Shown here: piece after piece, positions 44,478 through 55,728 of the stretch
How the letters are laid out: each line of letters begins with the position of its first letter
Position numbering within the stretch: position 1 is the first letter of the stretch
Origin: Bacteroidia bacterium
Lineage (GTDB): Bacteria > Bacteroidota > Bacteroidia > NS11-12g > UBA955
Direction of reading: 5' to 3'
Assembly (NCBI GenBank): GCA_030158725.1
Contig: JAOASJ010000016.1
Coordinates: 12,616 to 76,615, forward strand
Length of the DNA stretch: 64,000 bases
Position numbers and translations under genes: made by a program
Notes under the pieces: generated by a model
Told to the model about the DNA's origin: nothing
Seen by the model: the letters and a program-made list of their open reading frames with translations, nothing else
Database searches by the model: none

Positions 44478-47400
44478 TTATCTAATAATTCTAATTACTC
44501 CTTCTATCTTGTCATCAGAGTTGACCTCTATGTTTTTGCTTTTTAATTTCAGGATATAGTAATACGTGCCATCAGGAAGCAAATCACCTGTGTTTTTTAA
44601 TCTTCCATTCCAACAATTATTTGGTAGGACACCATTAAAAACTAATATACCCCAGCGGTCATAAATCCATATTTCAGCCTCGTCACAATTTGGCGTTATT
44701 CCACCTATTGTATAGCAATCATTTGTGTTATCACTATTAGGCGTAAAGACATTTGGGATTTTTATTGTAGATTTTGGATTGCTAAATAAGGAAAGTTGTA
44801 ATACTTGGGTATCAAGACAACCACTACTTGGATGTCTTACGGTTAAGAGTACTTTATAAATACCATCTTTATAAAATCTATGTTTAGGGTTTTTTTCTGT
44901 GTTTATTTTAGAACTATCATCAAAATCCCATTTGGAAGAATCATAGTCTTTAGATTTATTTTTAAACGTGAATTCATTGCTGCATTCCTCAGTTGAAAAT
45001 TCAAAATCTGCCGTAGGCATTTCTTTTACTGTTATATAGGTTGAATCGAATGCTGCAATATTGCACGAGAAAGAATCTATTGAACTTAATTTTACTTTAT
45101 ATACTCCTGGTGTTGTGTAAGTATGGATAGGATTTTTATTGGTATCTATAGGAGATCCATCGCCAAAATCCCAAAAGTACTTATTTGCCTTTCTACTTTG
45201 GTTTGTAAACACAACTCTTAAGTCTTCACAACCGTTGGTCGGATTTGCTGTAAATTTTGCATTTACTTCAAAGTTAATTTGAAAATCAATTTTAAATGAG
45301 GCATTGCTGCAACGTGGACTTACATTTTTCTTGAAAGGTGCTTTACTGCTAACAGGGAAGTCATCATAATGATTGCCTGCATCAGGACAACTAGAACATA
45401 CAGATTGGTATACAACTCCTTTTTTATCAAATCGAGAAGTACCACCATCCACATGGTCTTCGGTTAAATTTCCTCCATAGTAAGAGGCAAAAAGCAAACT
45501 GCTTGCATTTTTACTTAAGACTAAAATATAAAAATCATTATTGTCTGTAGTTTTTTGAATTGCGTCACTTGTAATTTGCAATCCCTGGGTAGTTAAAGCA
45601 TGTAAACCATTGAAATCAATTGGGCTTCCCCAACCAGAAAAATAAATATTATCACATTTATCTACTAAAAATGCGGAAGGTGCAATTTCTGGATTAAATG
45701 TCCTGTTACCAAAGGTGGTAGATAAATTCATTACACTGATATTAGGTGACAAGCGCAAAATGAATTGACCAGTTCTATCTTTTCCATAGGTATTAGCAGT
45801 TCTCAAAATGTAACCTTCAGTTTGCCCAGCAGCATATACTTGCCCACTGGCATCAATATCTAAAAAGTATACTTGATCATAACTACTAGTTCCAATATAG
45901 GTGCTGTTAATTAGTTTGCCCTTGAGAGAAAGCTTAGCAATAAAACCATCTGCTGTACCGCCAAAGTAATTATTTTGAAATCCATTTACGGCAAATGACA
46001 TTGCATTACTTGTAGTACCGCCACCAACATATACGAATGTATCGTAAAGTCTTATGCTGTACATAGCATCATCTCCATTGCCACCAAAATAAGTACTAAA
46101 TCTAAGTTTACTTAATTGTTTGTCTAAACTCAATATACATCCGTCTTGGTTGGATGCCCTAGCCATCTGTATCGCTTTTGATATTGGGAAACTATTGCTA
46201 TTGGTTGTAGAAGCTACATAAACATTATTTGCTGTATCAACAGCAATATCACCTCTAAAATCATCTGAATAATTATAACGAAGGGAATTGCTGTTTAATC
46301 CATCATTACCAGAACCGCCAATCAATGTACCTGCTAGGAGGCTTGATCCATCTTCAGAAAGTTTTGTTATAAAGATATCTGTACCACCATTATGGGTAAT
46401 ATCAAAACCACTGGTATCGGTTGGGAAATCTGGAGAGTAACAAGTGCCCATAACCAATAAATTATCTTGATGATCAACTACTAAGCTATGAGGATATTCA
46501 TCTCTGCTTCCTCCTAGATATGTACTATAAAGTAGGGTAGTTCCTGCGCTATCATATTTGTTAATACCAATATCACACGGAAGATTTGCAGGTGCTTGCC
46601 CTACACCACCAGCATATACTGTTTGGAATGCGCCAGGCGTAACTGGAAATGGTCCACCGTTGCTGCCGGTCCCACCGTCAACAATGCCACCAGCATATAG
46701 GTGTGACTTTGAATCATAAGTAGCAGTAAATCCAAAGTTATCACCTTGGCTACCACTATAAGTAGAGAAAACTAAAATGGGGTCAATTACAAGTTCATAG
46801 GCGAAATTATAGTCTGATAGCATGTAAGACAGTTCATATTTCCCCTTGTTAAGATTTAGGACATAATTGCATTCAATAAGAAATGTGTCATTATTAATGA
46901 TTTGATACGCAAATGGCTTTTGTTCTATAATTTGACCAACACTACTTGATATAATTAAATTACCGTTTTCAATTCTCATATTATTCGTATGAGAATATTT
47001 AATTTTAATGTTGTTAGGATTTGAACCAGGTTTTAAAATAAAACTGTGTTTAACCGTTTGTTGCAGGCTTTCAATACGCCAATCTATCGATGGATATAAA
47101 TTTAGGTATGTTATAGCTTCATACGATTTTAAGTTTGTATGCCAATTCGAAGGATTGTTTCCTTTGTAAAAATTATACTTAGTAATTGATTGATTTTCGG
47201 TTTTAATATCTGTCAGATTTGCTCCAATAAAATCTACATCAAATCGATGCCAATTTACAGCGAAGTCATGTTGCAAAGTTTTGTATTTGTGTATATGCTC
47301 CCATAAACTGTCATACATCTTAGTGTCCTTCATTAACACTGTATAACCATATTTATTGAAATACAGCATACCCCCAGAAGTTTGCGCAGAGTATTGAATA

Positions 47401-47528
47401 AAGGATGGTAATCTACCTTTGTTTTCTAAGAAATATGTTTGAGAATTTAAATTAACCCACATGCTTATTACGCTGAAAATAAGCATAGAAACGAATCTAA
47501 ATTTGCGGTATTTATTAGTTTTAAACAA
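44478..47528 (-). CDS. Secreted multidomain protein with beta-propeller-like repeats, two PKD domains and a T9SS type-B (gliding-motility-associated) C-terminal sorting domain
   Basis: It has a signal peptide and repeats of the type D..NLLVMG / D.ANNVYVA / DASGQVYAAG. PKD signatures are WDFGDGSP and WDFDDSS. The C-terminus reads PNVFTPNSDNTNDCY...IYDRWGILVF...WNG...PDGTYYYIL. Confidence 0.8.
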   Translation of the reverse strand: MFKTNKYRKFRFVSMLIFSVISMWVNLNSQTYFLENKGRLPSFIQYSAQTSGGMLYFNKYGYTVLMKDTKMYDSLWEHIHKYKTLQHDFAVNWHRFDVDFIGANLTDIKTENQSITKYNFYKGNNPSNWHTNLKSYEAITYLNLYPSIDWRIESLQQTVKHSFILKPGSNPNNIKIKYSHTNNMRIENGNLIISSSVGQIIEQKPFAYQIINNDTFLIECNYVLNLNKGKYELSYMLSDYNFAYELVIDPILVFSTYSGSQGDNFGFTATYDSKSHLYAGGIVDGGTGSNGGPFPVTPGAFQTVYAGGVGQAPANLPCDIGINKYDSAGTTLLYSTYLGGSRDEYPHSLVVDHQDNLLVMGTCYSPDFPTDTSGFDITHNGGTDIFITKLSEDGSSLLAGTLIGGSGNDGLNSNSLRYNYSDDFRGDIAVDTANNVYVASTTNSNSFPISKAIQMARASNQDGCILSLDKQLSKLRFSTYFGGNGDDAMYSIRLYDTFVYVGGGTTSNAMSFAVNGFQNNYFGGTADGFIAKLSLKGKLINSTYIGTSSYDQVYFLDIDASGQVYAAGQTEGYILRTANTYGKDRTGQFILRLSPNISVMNLSTTFGNRTFNPEIAPSAFLVDKCDNIYFSGWGSPIDFNGLHALTTQGLQITSDAIQKTTDNNDFYILVLSKNASSLLFASYYGGNLTEDHVDGGTSRFDKKGVVYQSVCSSCPDAGNHYDDFPVSSKAPFKKNVSPRCSNASFKIDFQINFEVNAKFTANPTNGCEDLRVVFTNQSRKANKYFWDFGDGSPIDTNKNPIHTYTTPGVYKVKLSSIDSFSCNIAAFDSTYITVKEMPTADFEFSTEECSNEFTFKNKSKDYDSSKWDFDDSSKINTEKNPKHRFYKDGIYKVLLTVRHPSSGCLDTQVLQLSLFSNPKSTIKIPNVFTPNSDNTNDCYTIGGITPNCDEAEIWIYDRWGILVFNGVLPNNCWNGRLKNTGDLLPDGTYYYILKLKSKNIEVNSDDKIEGVIRIIR

Positions 47529-47612
47529 TTAACTTTAGGCGTATTTACTACAAAGATAGTAAAAATACAATTTTAGTTGCTTTAATACTATAGAAAAGTC
47601 AACATTGCAGAG

Positions 47613-47620
47613 TATTTTTG
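47613..47620 (+). promoter_or_regulatory. Candidate -7 promoter element TATTTTTG upstream of lysS
   Basis: It matches TAnnTTTG, 24 nt before the ATG at 47644. Confidence 0.4.
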
Positions 47621-47643
47621 CAAACTTATTTTTAAAGTCAAAC

Positions 47644-49155
47644 ATGTCAGAATTAAACGAACTTCAGCTGCAACGCAGACATAAATTGGATCAGATTAAA
47701 GCAATGGGCATTGATCCGTATCCTGCTGATCTTTGGGATGTAAATGCACATTCAGAACAAATTTTGAAGGAATTTAATGCAGAGTTAAATAATTTTCAAG
47801 AGGTAAGTATCTCTGGAAGAATCATGAGTTTACAGCCTAAAGGCAAGGTTTGTTTCATGAAGATTCAAGACCATGTAGGTCGTATTCAACTTTATGTTGG
47901 TAGAGATAATGTTTGTCCTGGAGAAGACAAGGCTTTCTTTGATGAGTTTATTTTACATCTTCTAGATATTGGTGATATTATCGGAGTTAAAGGAGAGGTA
48001 TTCGTAACCAAAACAGGTGAAACAACAGTTAGAGTAAAATCTTTAACTCTATTGTCAAAATCGTTGAATCCATTGCCGATTGTAAAAGAAAAAGATGGAG
48101 TTTTATTCGATGCATTTAGTGATCCTGAGCTTCGCTATAGAATGCGTTATGTCGATTTAATCGTAAATTCTCATGTTAAAGAAACATTTATCAAGAGAAC
48201 AAAAGTTGTTCAATCTTTAAGAAATACATTTAATGCTAGTGGTTATTTAGAAGTTGAAACACCAATATTACAAGCAATTCATGGAGGTGCAGCAGCAAGA
48301 CCATTTATCACCCATCACAATGCTTTAGATATGCAATTGTATTTAAGAATTGCCAATGAGTTGTATCTTAAAAGATTAATTGTTGGTGGATTCGATGGTG
48401 TATATGAATTTGCAAAGAACTTCAGAAACGAAGGAGTAGATAGAACCCACAATCCTGAATTTACAGGTTTAGAAATTTACGTTGCCTACAAAGATTATAA
48501 TTGGATGATGGATTACACTGAGATTATGATTGAAAACGTAGCAAAAGATGTAAATGGTACTACTGATGCTCAAGTAGGTGATAATTTAATCAGTTTTGCT
48601 AGACCATATAAAAGAATAACCATGTTTGATGCCATTAAAGAGCATACAGGTATAGATATTTCTGAAATGGATGAGAATGGATTAAGAGAAGCTTGTAAAT
48701 CATTAGGTATACATGTTGATGCTAGTATGGGTAAAGGAAAATTAATTGATGAATTGTTCAGTGAAAAATGTGAGAAACACTGTGTTCAACCAACATTCAT
48801 TACAGACTATCCAATTGAAATGAGCCCTTTGACTAAAAAGCACCGTTCAAAACCAGGATTGGTAGAACGTTTTGAGTTGTTTGTTAATGGTAAAGAAATA
48901 GCAAATGCTTATACAGAATTAAATGATCCATTAGACCAAAGAGAACGTTTTGAAGAGCAATTAAAACTTGCTGGTAGAGGTGACGATGAAGCGATGCCAC
49001 TTGATGAAGATTTCTTAAGAGCACTTGAGTATGGAATGCCACCAACTGCCGGTCTTGGTGTAGGAATAGATCGTTTAACAATGATGATGACCAATCAAGC
49101 CAGCATTCAAGAAGTATTATTCTTCCCTCAAATGCGACCTGAGAAAAACGACTAA
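47644..49155 (+). CDS. lysS: Lysine--tRNA ligase (class II)
   Basis: ATG at 47644 ([18 protein letters not shown]). It has an OB-fold region and class II motifs ([22 protein letters not shown]). Confidence 0.95.
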   Translation: MSELNELQLQRRHKLDQIKAMGIDPYPADLWDVNAHSEQILKEFNAELNNFQEVSISGRIMSLQPKGKVCFMKIQDHVGRIQLYVGRDNVCPGEDKAFFDEFILHLLDIGDIIGVKGEVFVTKTGETTVRVKSLTLLSKSLNPLPIVKEKDGVLFDAFSDPELRYRMRYVDLIVNSHVKETFIKRTKVVQSLRNTFNASGYLEVETPILQAIHGGAAARPFITHHNALDMQLYLRIANELYLKRLIVGGFDGVYEFAKNFRNEGVDRTHNPEFTGLEIYVAYKDYNWMMDYTEIMIENVAKDVNGTTDAQVGDNLISFARPYKRITMFDAIKEHTGIDISEMDENGLREACKSLGIHVDASMGKGKLIDELFSEKCEKHCVQPTFITDYPIEMSPLTKKHRSKPGLVERFELFVNGKEIANAYTELNDPLDQRERFEEQLKLAGRGDDEAMPLDEDFLRALEYGMPPTAGLGVGIDRLTMMMTNQASIQEVLFFPQMRPEKND

Positions 49156-49883
49156 TTCGTCTCGAATTCTAAGTTTACAGTAATCGTTGCAGTTTTTCTT
49201 TTTGCAAGGGTATTAAAAGACCCACCCCATGAATATTCTTCAGAAGAATTTTGGGCAACAATTTGAAAAACTCCCATGCTCGCATTTTTAAGTTTGCCTA
49301 ATTTACTGTCTGAATTTTCTGCAATTTTCAAAGCTCTATTATTAGCATCCTTGGTTGCTTTTGCAATCATTTCAACTTTTAATTCAGCTAATTTTGTGTA
49401 ATAGTATTGCGGACTTTCTGAGTAGAACTCAACACCTGATTGAATTAATTCACTTACTTGTCTTGAAATATTTTCAACCTTATCAACTGCAGATGATTCA
49501 ATATTGATACTTTGAGTAAGCTTATAACCTGTAAAGGAAGAGTAAGTCAAATTTCCATAATTGTCATATGAGCGGTCAAATTCTTTATCAATTGAAATTG
49601 AAGAAAATACCATCTCCTCAGCCTTGATGCCTTTTGAGATCAAATAGTCTTTTATCTTTTCTCTGTCTGAGTCTAATTCAGTATAAGCATCTTTTAAAAC
49701 AGAATTTTTCTTTGAAAAACTTCCGTTCCAAACGATTAAATTAGAAGTGAAATCTGTTTCACCAAGTCCAGTTACCTTTATACTTTCTTGGGTTTTATTT
49801 CTGTTTTTAAAGGCAGTTCCTAAAAAGTAAGCCGATAGAATAATTGCAAAAGCAATTAAAAAAGTATTTAAATGTTGTTTCAT
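49152..49883 (-). CDS. SIMPL-domain (DUF541) periplasmic protein
   Basis: 243 aa with an N-terminal TM/signal segment. The call rests on [11 protein letters not shown] and the general SIMPL layout. Confidence 0.6.
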   Translation of the reverse strand: MKQHLNTFLIAFAIILSAYFLGTAFKNRNKTQESIKVTGLGETDFTSNLIVWNGSFSKKNSVLKDAYTELDSDREKIKDYLISKGIKAEEMVFSSISIDKEFDRSYDNYGNLTYSSFTGYKLTQSINIESSAVDKVENISRQVSELIQSGVEFYSESPQYYYTKLAELKVEMIAKATKDANNRALKIAENSDSKLGKLKNASMGVFQIVAQNSSEEYSWGGSFNTLAKRKTATITVNLEFETN

Positions 49884-49891
49884 GTTTATTG

Positions 49892-51313
49892 TTATAGTTC
49901 GTAAGCACCAATGTCTGGATTGCTATCTCTAGCCTTGTCATCTAAGTCTGTATTAGGTGCATTTGATACATCTGCTGCATCTTTTGCCGGTGAATTAGCA
50001 TTTAACTTTAGATTGCTTTTGCTAACTTCAATAAATTTTGGGTCAACGTTTCTTTTGTTGTTTGGTCCTAAGGCATCTAAACTAACTTTTGATTTATAAA
50101 TACTGTGAGACAAAAGCACTGCACTGGGGGTAGTTACAAAATCAAAATTGATTTCCGTTTCAACAGGACCCCAAATTATGCTATTAACAATTGCATATTT
50201 TATGTCATAATTTTTTATAACTACTTTATTCTCATCTCTTAAAGCATTATTAAAAATTACATGAGGGTCCTTTCTTCCATTTGCACCAGTATATAGACTG
50301 CTGTTAAGGATAACATAATCTCCACCTAAGTATCCAATAAATGTATTGAGTCCACAATTGCTAATAACACTATTCTCAATGTAAATCTTAGCAGTTAATC
50401 CTAAAATTCCATATGCAGAAATGTTTTTTATAATGGTATTCCTCATGATTAAACTGTGGGTGCCGCTTTCTGGCAATGAATCAACCTGAATCCCTATAGT
50501 AGCATTTTTAATTATCGCATGTTTTATTTCATTGTTTATGCTTCCTCTCCAAATATGTAAACCTCGCCATTGACCTGCCTTATCTTGGAAGGTATTGTCT
50601 AAACGATCACCTTCAAAAATTACAGGATTTGCTGCAGTACCATTGATTTTTAAAGTTCCAAAAATATTTAATGCCGCAACATTTATAGTTTTATTTGAAC
50701 TAATAATGGTAGAGTTTGTTGAGCTGTATACATGAATTCCAGGGCCAATATTTAATGTTGCACCCTTGTCTACAAAGACTGTATTAACAATGACATATGG
50801 TTTGTCATTTAGAACCCAGTTTGTTGTCCCACTAATTAATGAATCGTTAAAGTAATATGCATCCCAACCATATGCAGCTAATTGTACATATTGGAGTTGA
50901 CCATTTCTTTCAAATTCAATGCTATCTCTTACCAAAGCTGGTTGTGTGAGGTTATTAGGTTCTAAAGTCGCCTCTACAAACAACCATGCACTGTCTTTAG
51001 GGAGTATCTCAACTTCGGGTATGTTCCTACCTGTTCTGCCATCAATATTCATTCTGTATGCAGACGCATTACCTCCCATAATTTTCACATTGAATTTTAT
51101 AGATTCTTTAAATGGGTTTCTCACCATCATTCTCTTGGTAATAGATCTAGGATAATTAGTACCAGGAAGTTTTGTGAAAACAGTATCGAAGTATACAGTA
51201 TCTTGAGAGAACTCTAATTTACCTTGTCCTTCAAAAAATTGATCATCTTTTCTGCATGATATGAATCCCAAACAGAAAACTAAAATTATAAAAAGTATTC
51301 TTTTAATGACCAT
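49892..51313 (-). CDS. Lipoprotein with right-handed parallel beta-helix repeats, unknown function
   Basis: It has a lipobox (LGFISC). Repeated short N/I/G-rich turns (IKNATIGIQV, IIKNISAYGILG, IENSVISNCG) suggest a pectate-lyase-like beta-helix. Confidence 0.5.
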   Translation of the reverse strand: MVIKRILFIILVFCLGFISCRKDDQFFEGQGKLEFSQDTVYFDTVFTKLPGTNYPRSITKRMMVRNPFKESIKFNVKIMGGNASAYRMNIDGRTGRNIPEVEILPKDSAWLFVEATLEPNNLTQPALVRDSIEFERNGQLQYVQLAAYGWDAYYFNDSLISGTTNWVLNDKPYVIVNTVFVDKGATLNIGPGIHVYSSTNSTIISSNKTINVAALNIFGTLKINGTAANPVIFEGDRLDNTFQDKAGQWRGLHIWRGSINNEIKHAIIKNATIGIQVDSLPESGTHSLIMRNTIIKNISAYGILGLTAKIYIENSVISNCGLNTFIGYLGGDYVILNSSLYTGANGRKDPHVIFNNALRDENKVVIKNYDIKYAIVNSIIWGPVETEINFDFVTTPSAVLLSHSIYKSKVSLDALGPNNKRNVDPKFIEVSKSNLKLNANSPAKDAADVSNAPNTDLDDKARDSNPDIGAYEL

Positions 51314-51375
51314 TATTAATACACAAATTTGATTATCTCCAAAGTTAACGCAAGTTAAGAATAAAAATTGTAATC

Positions 51376-52077
51376 TTATTTTGAAGGACCTTTGGGTTGA
51401 AGCGGTCTAACTTCTAAATTGACTTGGTGAAAATTGTCAGGTGTTTTTAATGCATAAACCATCATATCTGCTACGTCTTCAGGGTGTAACATGTAATCGT
51501 GTGGTTTAATGTTTGGACTATTTCTAAAGAAATCAGTCTTAACGCTTCCTGGATAAACACAAGTTACTTTGATCTTAAAATCTCTAAGTTCACGCCATAA
51601 GCTCTCGCTGAATCCTTTTACAGCCCATTTTGTTGCGCAATATCCGCTAACCATTGGCATTCCTTCTAAACCAGCAGTGCTGGCAATGTTTATTATATGC
51701 CCAATGCCGTTGCTTTTCATAGCTGGAACTGCCAATCTTGTGCAATAAAACATTCCATTTACATTGGTTTGCATCATTTCATCCCATTGTTCAATTGGCA
51801 AATCTTCTACATTTCCAAAATAGCCCAATCCTGCGTTATTGATTAAAATATCTATTCTGTTATTATTCTCATTTAGGATATGAATAAAGGCCAAATTAAC
51901 TTCTTCTAAATTTCTAACATCAGTTTTGATGAAAGTATAATTGGTATGATTACCATCAAAATCATTTCTGCCAAGGCCATATACTTTTACGCCATTATCT
52001 AATAATTGATTGCATAATGCTTCACCAATTCCTTTGCTAACTCCAGTAACAACAGCAATTTTATCTTTTAAAATCAT
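51376..52077 (-). CDS. SDR-family oxidoreductase
   Basis: It shows VTGVSKGIGEAL, NNAG and the catalytic YCATKWAV. Confidence 0.8.
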   Translation of the reverse strand: MILKDKIAVVTGVSKGIGEALCNQLLDNGVKVYGLGRNDFDGNHTNYTFIKTDVRNLEEVNLAFIHILNENNNRIDILINNAGLGYFGNVEDLPIEQWDEMMQTNVNGMFYCTRLAVPAMKSNGIGHIINIASTAGLEGMPMVSGYCATKWAVKGFSESLWRELRDFKIKVTCVYPGSVKTDFFRNSPNIKPHDYMLHPEDVADMMVYALKTPDNFHQVNLEVRPLQPKGPSK

Positions 52078-52922
52078 GCCAATTCAAATTTTGCGCAAAC
52101 CCAATTCTTTTTAATTTTTTTATCAATGAATTTTAGACCGTGCTTAGTGCATTCAGCCTCAATATCTACAAGATCCTCCAAATAAAAACCACTTAATAAA
52201 AGTATAGATGGATTTTTCATCGATTTTACATAATATTTGATATCCGCCAATAATATATGTCTGTTAATATTTGCTATGAAAACATCAAAGGTATTTGGAT
52301 ATGATTTTAACATACCCGCGTCACCCAATATCATTTCAAAATTGTTGATATTGTTCTTTTCAATATTTTCTTCTGCATTTTCATAACACCAACTATCATT
52401 ATCAATTCCGACAATTTTAGTACAACCAATCATTGAAGCTAATATACCTAATATTCCGGTCCCTGTTCCCATGTCCATAACGGTTTTGTCTTTTATGTCT
52501 ATTTCTAGAATATACTCAGCCATCATGCTTGTTGTTTCATGATGTCCAGTACCAAAACTCATTTTAGGGTCTATGATTATTTCATATTTGGCTTTAAGGT
52601 CTGTTTTGTGAAAACTGCTTTTAATTAAACATTGTTCACCGATTACAATTGGCTGGAAATAGTTCTTTTCCCATTCCTCATTCCAATTTTTCGGCTTGAT
52701 GATATCAATTGAATATTCATCAAAACATAGTTTTTTCTCGATAAGTTCATCAATAAGTACTTTAATTTCCTCATCAGATTTTTCGTTTTCTGCTACATAT
52801 GCTTTTACTATTTCATCTTCAGCAACACCTTCAAATCCAAATTCAGAAAGGTAAGCGGAGATGATTTCTACATTCTGATCTACTGGTTCGCAGGCAGTCA
52901 GGGTTATTTCAATATAATTCAT
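52074..52922 (-). CDS. prmA: Ribosomal protein L11 methyltransferase
   Basis: It shows FGTGHHETT and DMGTGTGILGILA. The length (282 aa) and layout are typical of PrmA. Confidence 0.8.
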   Translation of the reverse strand: MNYIEITLTACEPVDQNVEIISAYLSEFGFEGVAEDEIVKAYVAENEKSDEEIKVLIDELIEKKLCFDEYSIDIIKPKNWNEEWEKNYFQPIVIGEQCLIKSSFHKTDLKAKYEIIIDPKMSFGTGHHETTSMMAEYILEIDIKDKTVMDMGTGTGILGILASMIGCTKIVGIDNDSWCYENAEENIEKNNINNFEMILGDAGMLKSYPNTFDVFIANINRHILLADIKYYVKSMKNPSILLLSGFYLEDLVDIEAECTKHGLKFIDKKIKKNWVCAKFELA

Positions 52923-52924
52923 TT

Positions 52925-54190
52925 TTAAAAGGATGCTAGTATTTGACCTAGTCTATAAATGTCTTCAAATTTGTTATAAAGTGCTACAGGAGCCATTCGA
53001 ATAACATTTGGGTTTCTCCAGTCTGCAATTACTCCAGCTTGGGTTAAATGATCAAATAAAGCTTTGCCATTTTCATCTGTAAGTATACTAATTTGACAGC
53101 CCCTTTCAGGATATTTTGGGGTTATGATTTCTAATTTTAGGTTTTTATTGTGATGAATTGAATCGTTAATAATATACTCTAAATATGCATTTAGGTTTTT
53201 CCCTTTTTCAATTAATCGGCTCATACCAGCTCTTGCAAATATTTCTAAAGAAGCTTTATGTACAGACATACTTAATACAGGTGCATTGCTAACTTGCCAC
53301 CCAGCAGCACCAGTTTCTGGAATAAATCCTTTTAACATTTTAAATCTAACAGACTCATCATGTCCCCACCAACCAGAAAATCTAGGCAAACTATTGTCAT
53401 TAGCATATCTTTCATTAACGAAAACACCTCCAACACTTCCTGGACCTGAGTTTAAATATTTATAACTACACCATGCAGCAAAATCAACACCCCACTTGTT
53501 TAATTCTAAATTAATATTGCCAGCAGCATGTGCTAAATCAAAACCAGCAACTGCTCCAATTTCATGTGCTTTTTTGGTTATATCTTCAATATTAAAAACT
53601 TGACCAGTGTAATATTGAACGCCACTAAAGAAAACCAATGCTGTTGTGTCCTTATTGTTTTCAATTACTTCTATTATATCCTCGTGTCTTAGAGTATGCT
53701 CGCCCTCTCTAGGTTTTACTTCTATAATTGCATCAGATGGGTCAAAACCATGGAATTTTACTTGTGACTCAACCAAGTACATATCACTTGGAAATGCACC
53801 GGCTTCCATGATGATTTTATATCTTGAGGCTGTAGGTCTATAAAAACTAACAAACAGAAAATGTAAATTAGAACTTAATTGATTCATTATTACTACCTCT
53901 ATTGGTTTAGCTCCAACTACTAATGCTGCATTTTCAGATAGAAATTTATGGTAATGAAACCAAGGATTTTTCCCATGGAAATGTCCTTCAACTCCAAGAT
54001 TTTTCCAATCTTCTAATTCATCTTTAATAGCTTTTTCTGCTGCTTTAGGCAATAATCCAAGCGAATTCCCAGTAAGATAGACGCATGGTTTTCCATTAAT
54101 TTCAGGGATGTGAAACTCTGTTCTGAATTCTCTTAAAACATCCTCGCTGTCTGTTTTCCTCGCAAATGCCAGCGAATTTTCAAAATGCAT
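52925..54190 (-). CDS. kynU: Kynureninase
   Basis: 421 aa. It shows YLTGNSLGL, DLAHAAGN and the PLP-lysine region WCSYKYLNSGPG. Confidence 0.85.
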   Translation of the reverse strand: MHFENSLAFARKTDSEDVLREFRTEFHIPEINGKPCVYLTGNSLGLLPKAAEKAIKDELEDWKNLGVEGHFHGKNPWFHYHKFLSENAALVVGAKPIEVVIMNQLSSNLHFLFVSFYRPTASRYKIIMEAGAFPSDMYLVESQVKFHGFDPSDAIIEVKPREGEHTLRHEDIIEVIENNKDTTALVFFSGVQYYTGQVFNIEDITKKAHEIGAVAGFDLAHAAGNINLELNKWGVDFAAWCSYKYLNSGPGSVGGVFVNERYANDNSLPRFSGWWGHDESVRFKMLKGFIPETGAAGWQVSNAPVLSMSVHKASLEIFARAGMSRLIEKGKNLNAYLEYIINDSIHHNKNLKLEIITPKYPERGCQISILTDENGKALFDHLTQAGVIADWRNPNVIRMAPVALYNKFEDIYRLGQILASF

Positions 54191-54249
54191 ACTGCAAATG
54201 TAATCAATTTAAATAAACGATTCCTTAAATTATATGCTAGAACAAAGAG

Positions 54250-55728
54250 CTACTTATTTGTTTTATGCTTCCACAAATAAAGTATATTATCATCTGCCGG
54301 TAAAATGCTATCAATTTTGTAATAGTTGTTTTCATAAAACTTGGAGTCAGGCAAATACCAAGAGAAATATGAATTCGTATAGGTTGTGATTAGAAAGTCA
54401 GGTGGGTTACTTGAAAGCTCTTTCCAAATTCTTTCACGGTTTTTTAAACCACTAGGGTTTTCGCCAAAATGTATAGGCAATGCAACGGGTAAGAAGCTTG
54501 GATATGTCAATCCTGATTTAAGATAATAATCTCCTTTAACCACATAATCTACAAATAGTGTTTTGCCTTTTTGTTTCTTTAAATAAGTAACAAATTTATC
54601 ATTTACTAAAGGTCTAATTTCAAATGTCCAATTAGGTTTTTGTGTTTCATCTATTCGATAAAAAGTATAGATACAAATAAGGATTAGAGGCCATTTTAAT
54701 TTAATGTTATAAGCCTGAAAATAAAGTGAATATATTTTTGAAAAGACAATAAAAATAAGTGTAAAAGTAGGGTAATAATAATGTCCAAAATTATGCGGTG
54801 AAAGTCCAAATATTATGCATGTACTAAGGAAAAAAAGCAATTGAAATAAAGCTTCCTTACTTGTTTTATTGTTGATTAATGTCTTATATGCTAAATATGA
54901 AAAGAATAGTGTTGCGGTGAGAATTGGATATATTAGGTTTTTATACAGGTCGTTTATTTTTACTTTTAGGGAAATTGACTCTTCAAGATTTAAGTATGAA
55001 ATATTGTATTTAATAGATTCTATATAGCCAAAAAGTGAATTTTGAGAATATAAAAGGACAATAATTATGAAGCTTGGGATGATAATTGAAAGTGCATAAT
55101 ACAGTTTTAATTTTCTTGATTGTAAAGACTGTAAATTGATAACTAATAAGACAAAGCAGACAAATACAAATGGTTCTTTAAACCAAAATGAAAGTCCTAA
55201 TATCATCGAAGAAGCAATTAAATAAACGTTTCTATTGGTATTTTGATACAATAGAAGTAATACTATTGATATTAGAATACAAAGTGTTCCATAAATTTCA
55301 GTACATAAACCATCTCCAATATTGTTTCCATAGATTGTAAAGAATATAGCTAAGATGGTAAACAATATACTTGCACTATATGACTTTAAATTGTTTAAGA
55401 TGATTATGTATAAACAAAATGAGGTCAATAAGAAACTGCTTAATGTCAAATAGAATACAGCATATACTGTATTTGGAACAATAAGCAGAAAAACTTCTAT
55501 TAAATAGAATATAGCTGGGGGTTTATTTTCCCAAGCATTAATGTATAGGGTTCCGCCATTTAAGTCTTTTAAAGCAACGGCAGCAAATATACTTCCATCG
55601 GTTTTGAGATCACCTAAATGAATGAAGCTTAAAAAAATTCCAATAGTGACAATGAAACATGCAATTAACCCAAAATAGAATTTAAATGGGTCGTTTTTTT
55701 CAATATTTAAGGTTAAAGCCTTGTACAA
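54250..55728 (-). CDS. Polytopic GT-C-like membrane glycosyltransferase (ArnT/PMT_2-like), tentative
   Basis: 492 aa with more than 10 hydrophobic spans. The first-loop string AWENKPPAIFYLI resembles the KPPL motif of GT83/GT39 enzymes. It overlaps the phosphatase gene by 29 nt. Confidence 0.5.
   Translation of the reverse strand: MYKALTLNIEKNDPFKFYFGLIACFIVTIGIFLSFIHLGDLKTDGSIFAAVALKDLNGGTLYINAWENKPPAIFYLIEVFLLIVPNTVYAVFYLTLSSFLLTSFCLYIIILNNLKSYSASILFTILAIFFTIYGNNIGDGLCTEIYGTLCILISIVLLLLYQNTNRNVYLIASSMILGLSFWFKEPFVFVCFVLLVINLQSLQSRKLKLYYALSIIIPSFIIIVLLYSQNSLFGYIESIKYNISYLNLEESISLKVKINDLYKNLIYPILTATLFFSYLAYKTLINNKTSKEALFQLLFFLSTCIIFGLSPHNFGHYYYPTFTLIFIVFSKIYSLYFQAYNIKLKWPLILICIYTFYRIDETQKPNWTFEIRPLVNDKFVTYLKKQKGKTLFVDYVVKGDYYLKSGLTYPSFLPVALPIHFGENPSGLKNRERIWKELSSNPPDFLITTYTNSYFSWYLPDSKFYENNYYKIDSILPADDNILYLWKHKTNK

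Noticed and set aside
44478-47528. The large repeat-containing secreted protein as a toxin or polymorphic effector
   Set aside because: Its domains are of adhesin/propeller/PKD type with a T9SS type-B sorting domain. There is no C-terminal toxin module, immunity gene or Rhs/YD repeat.
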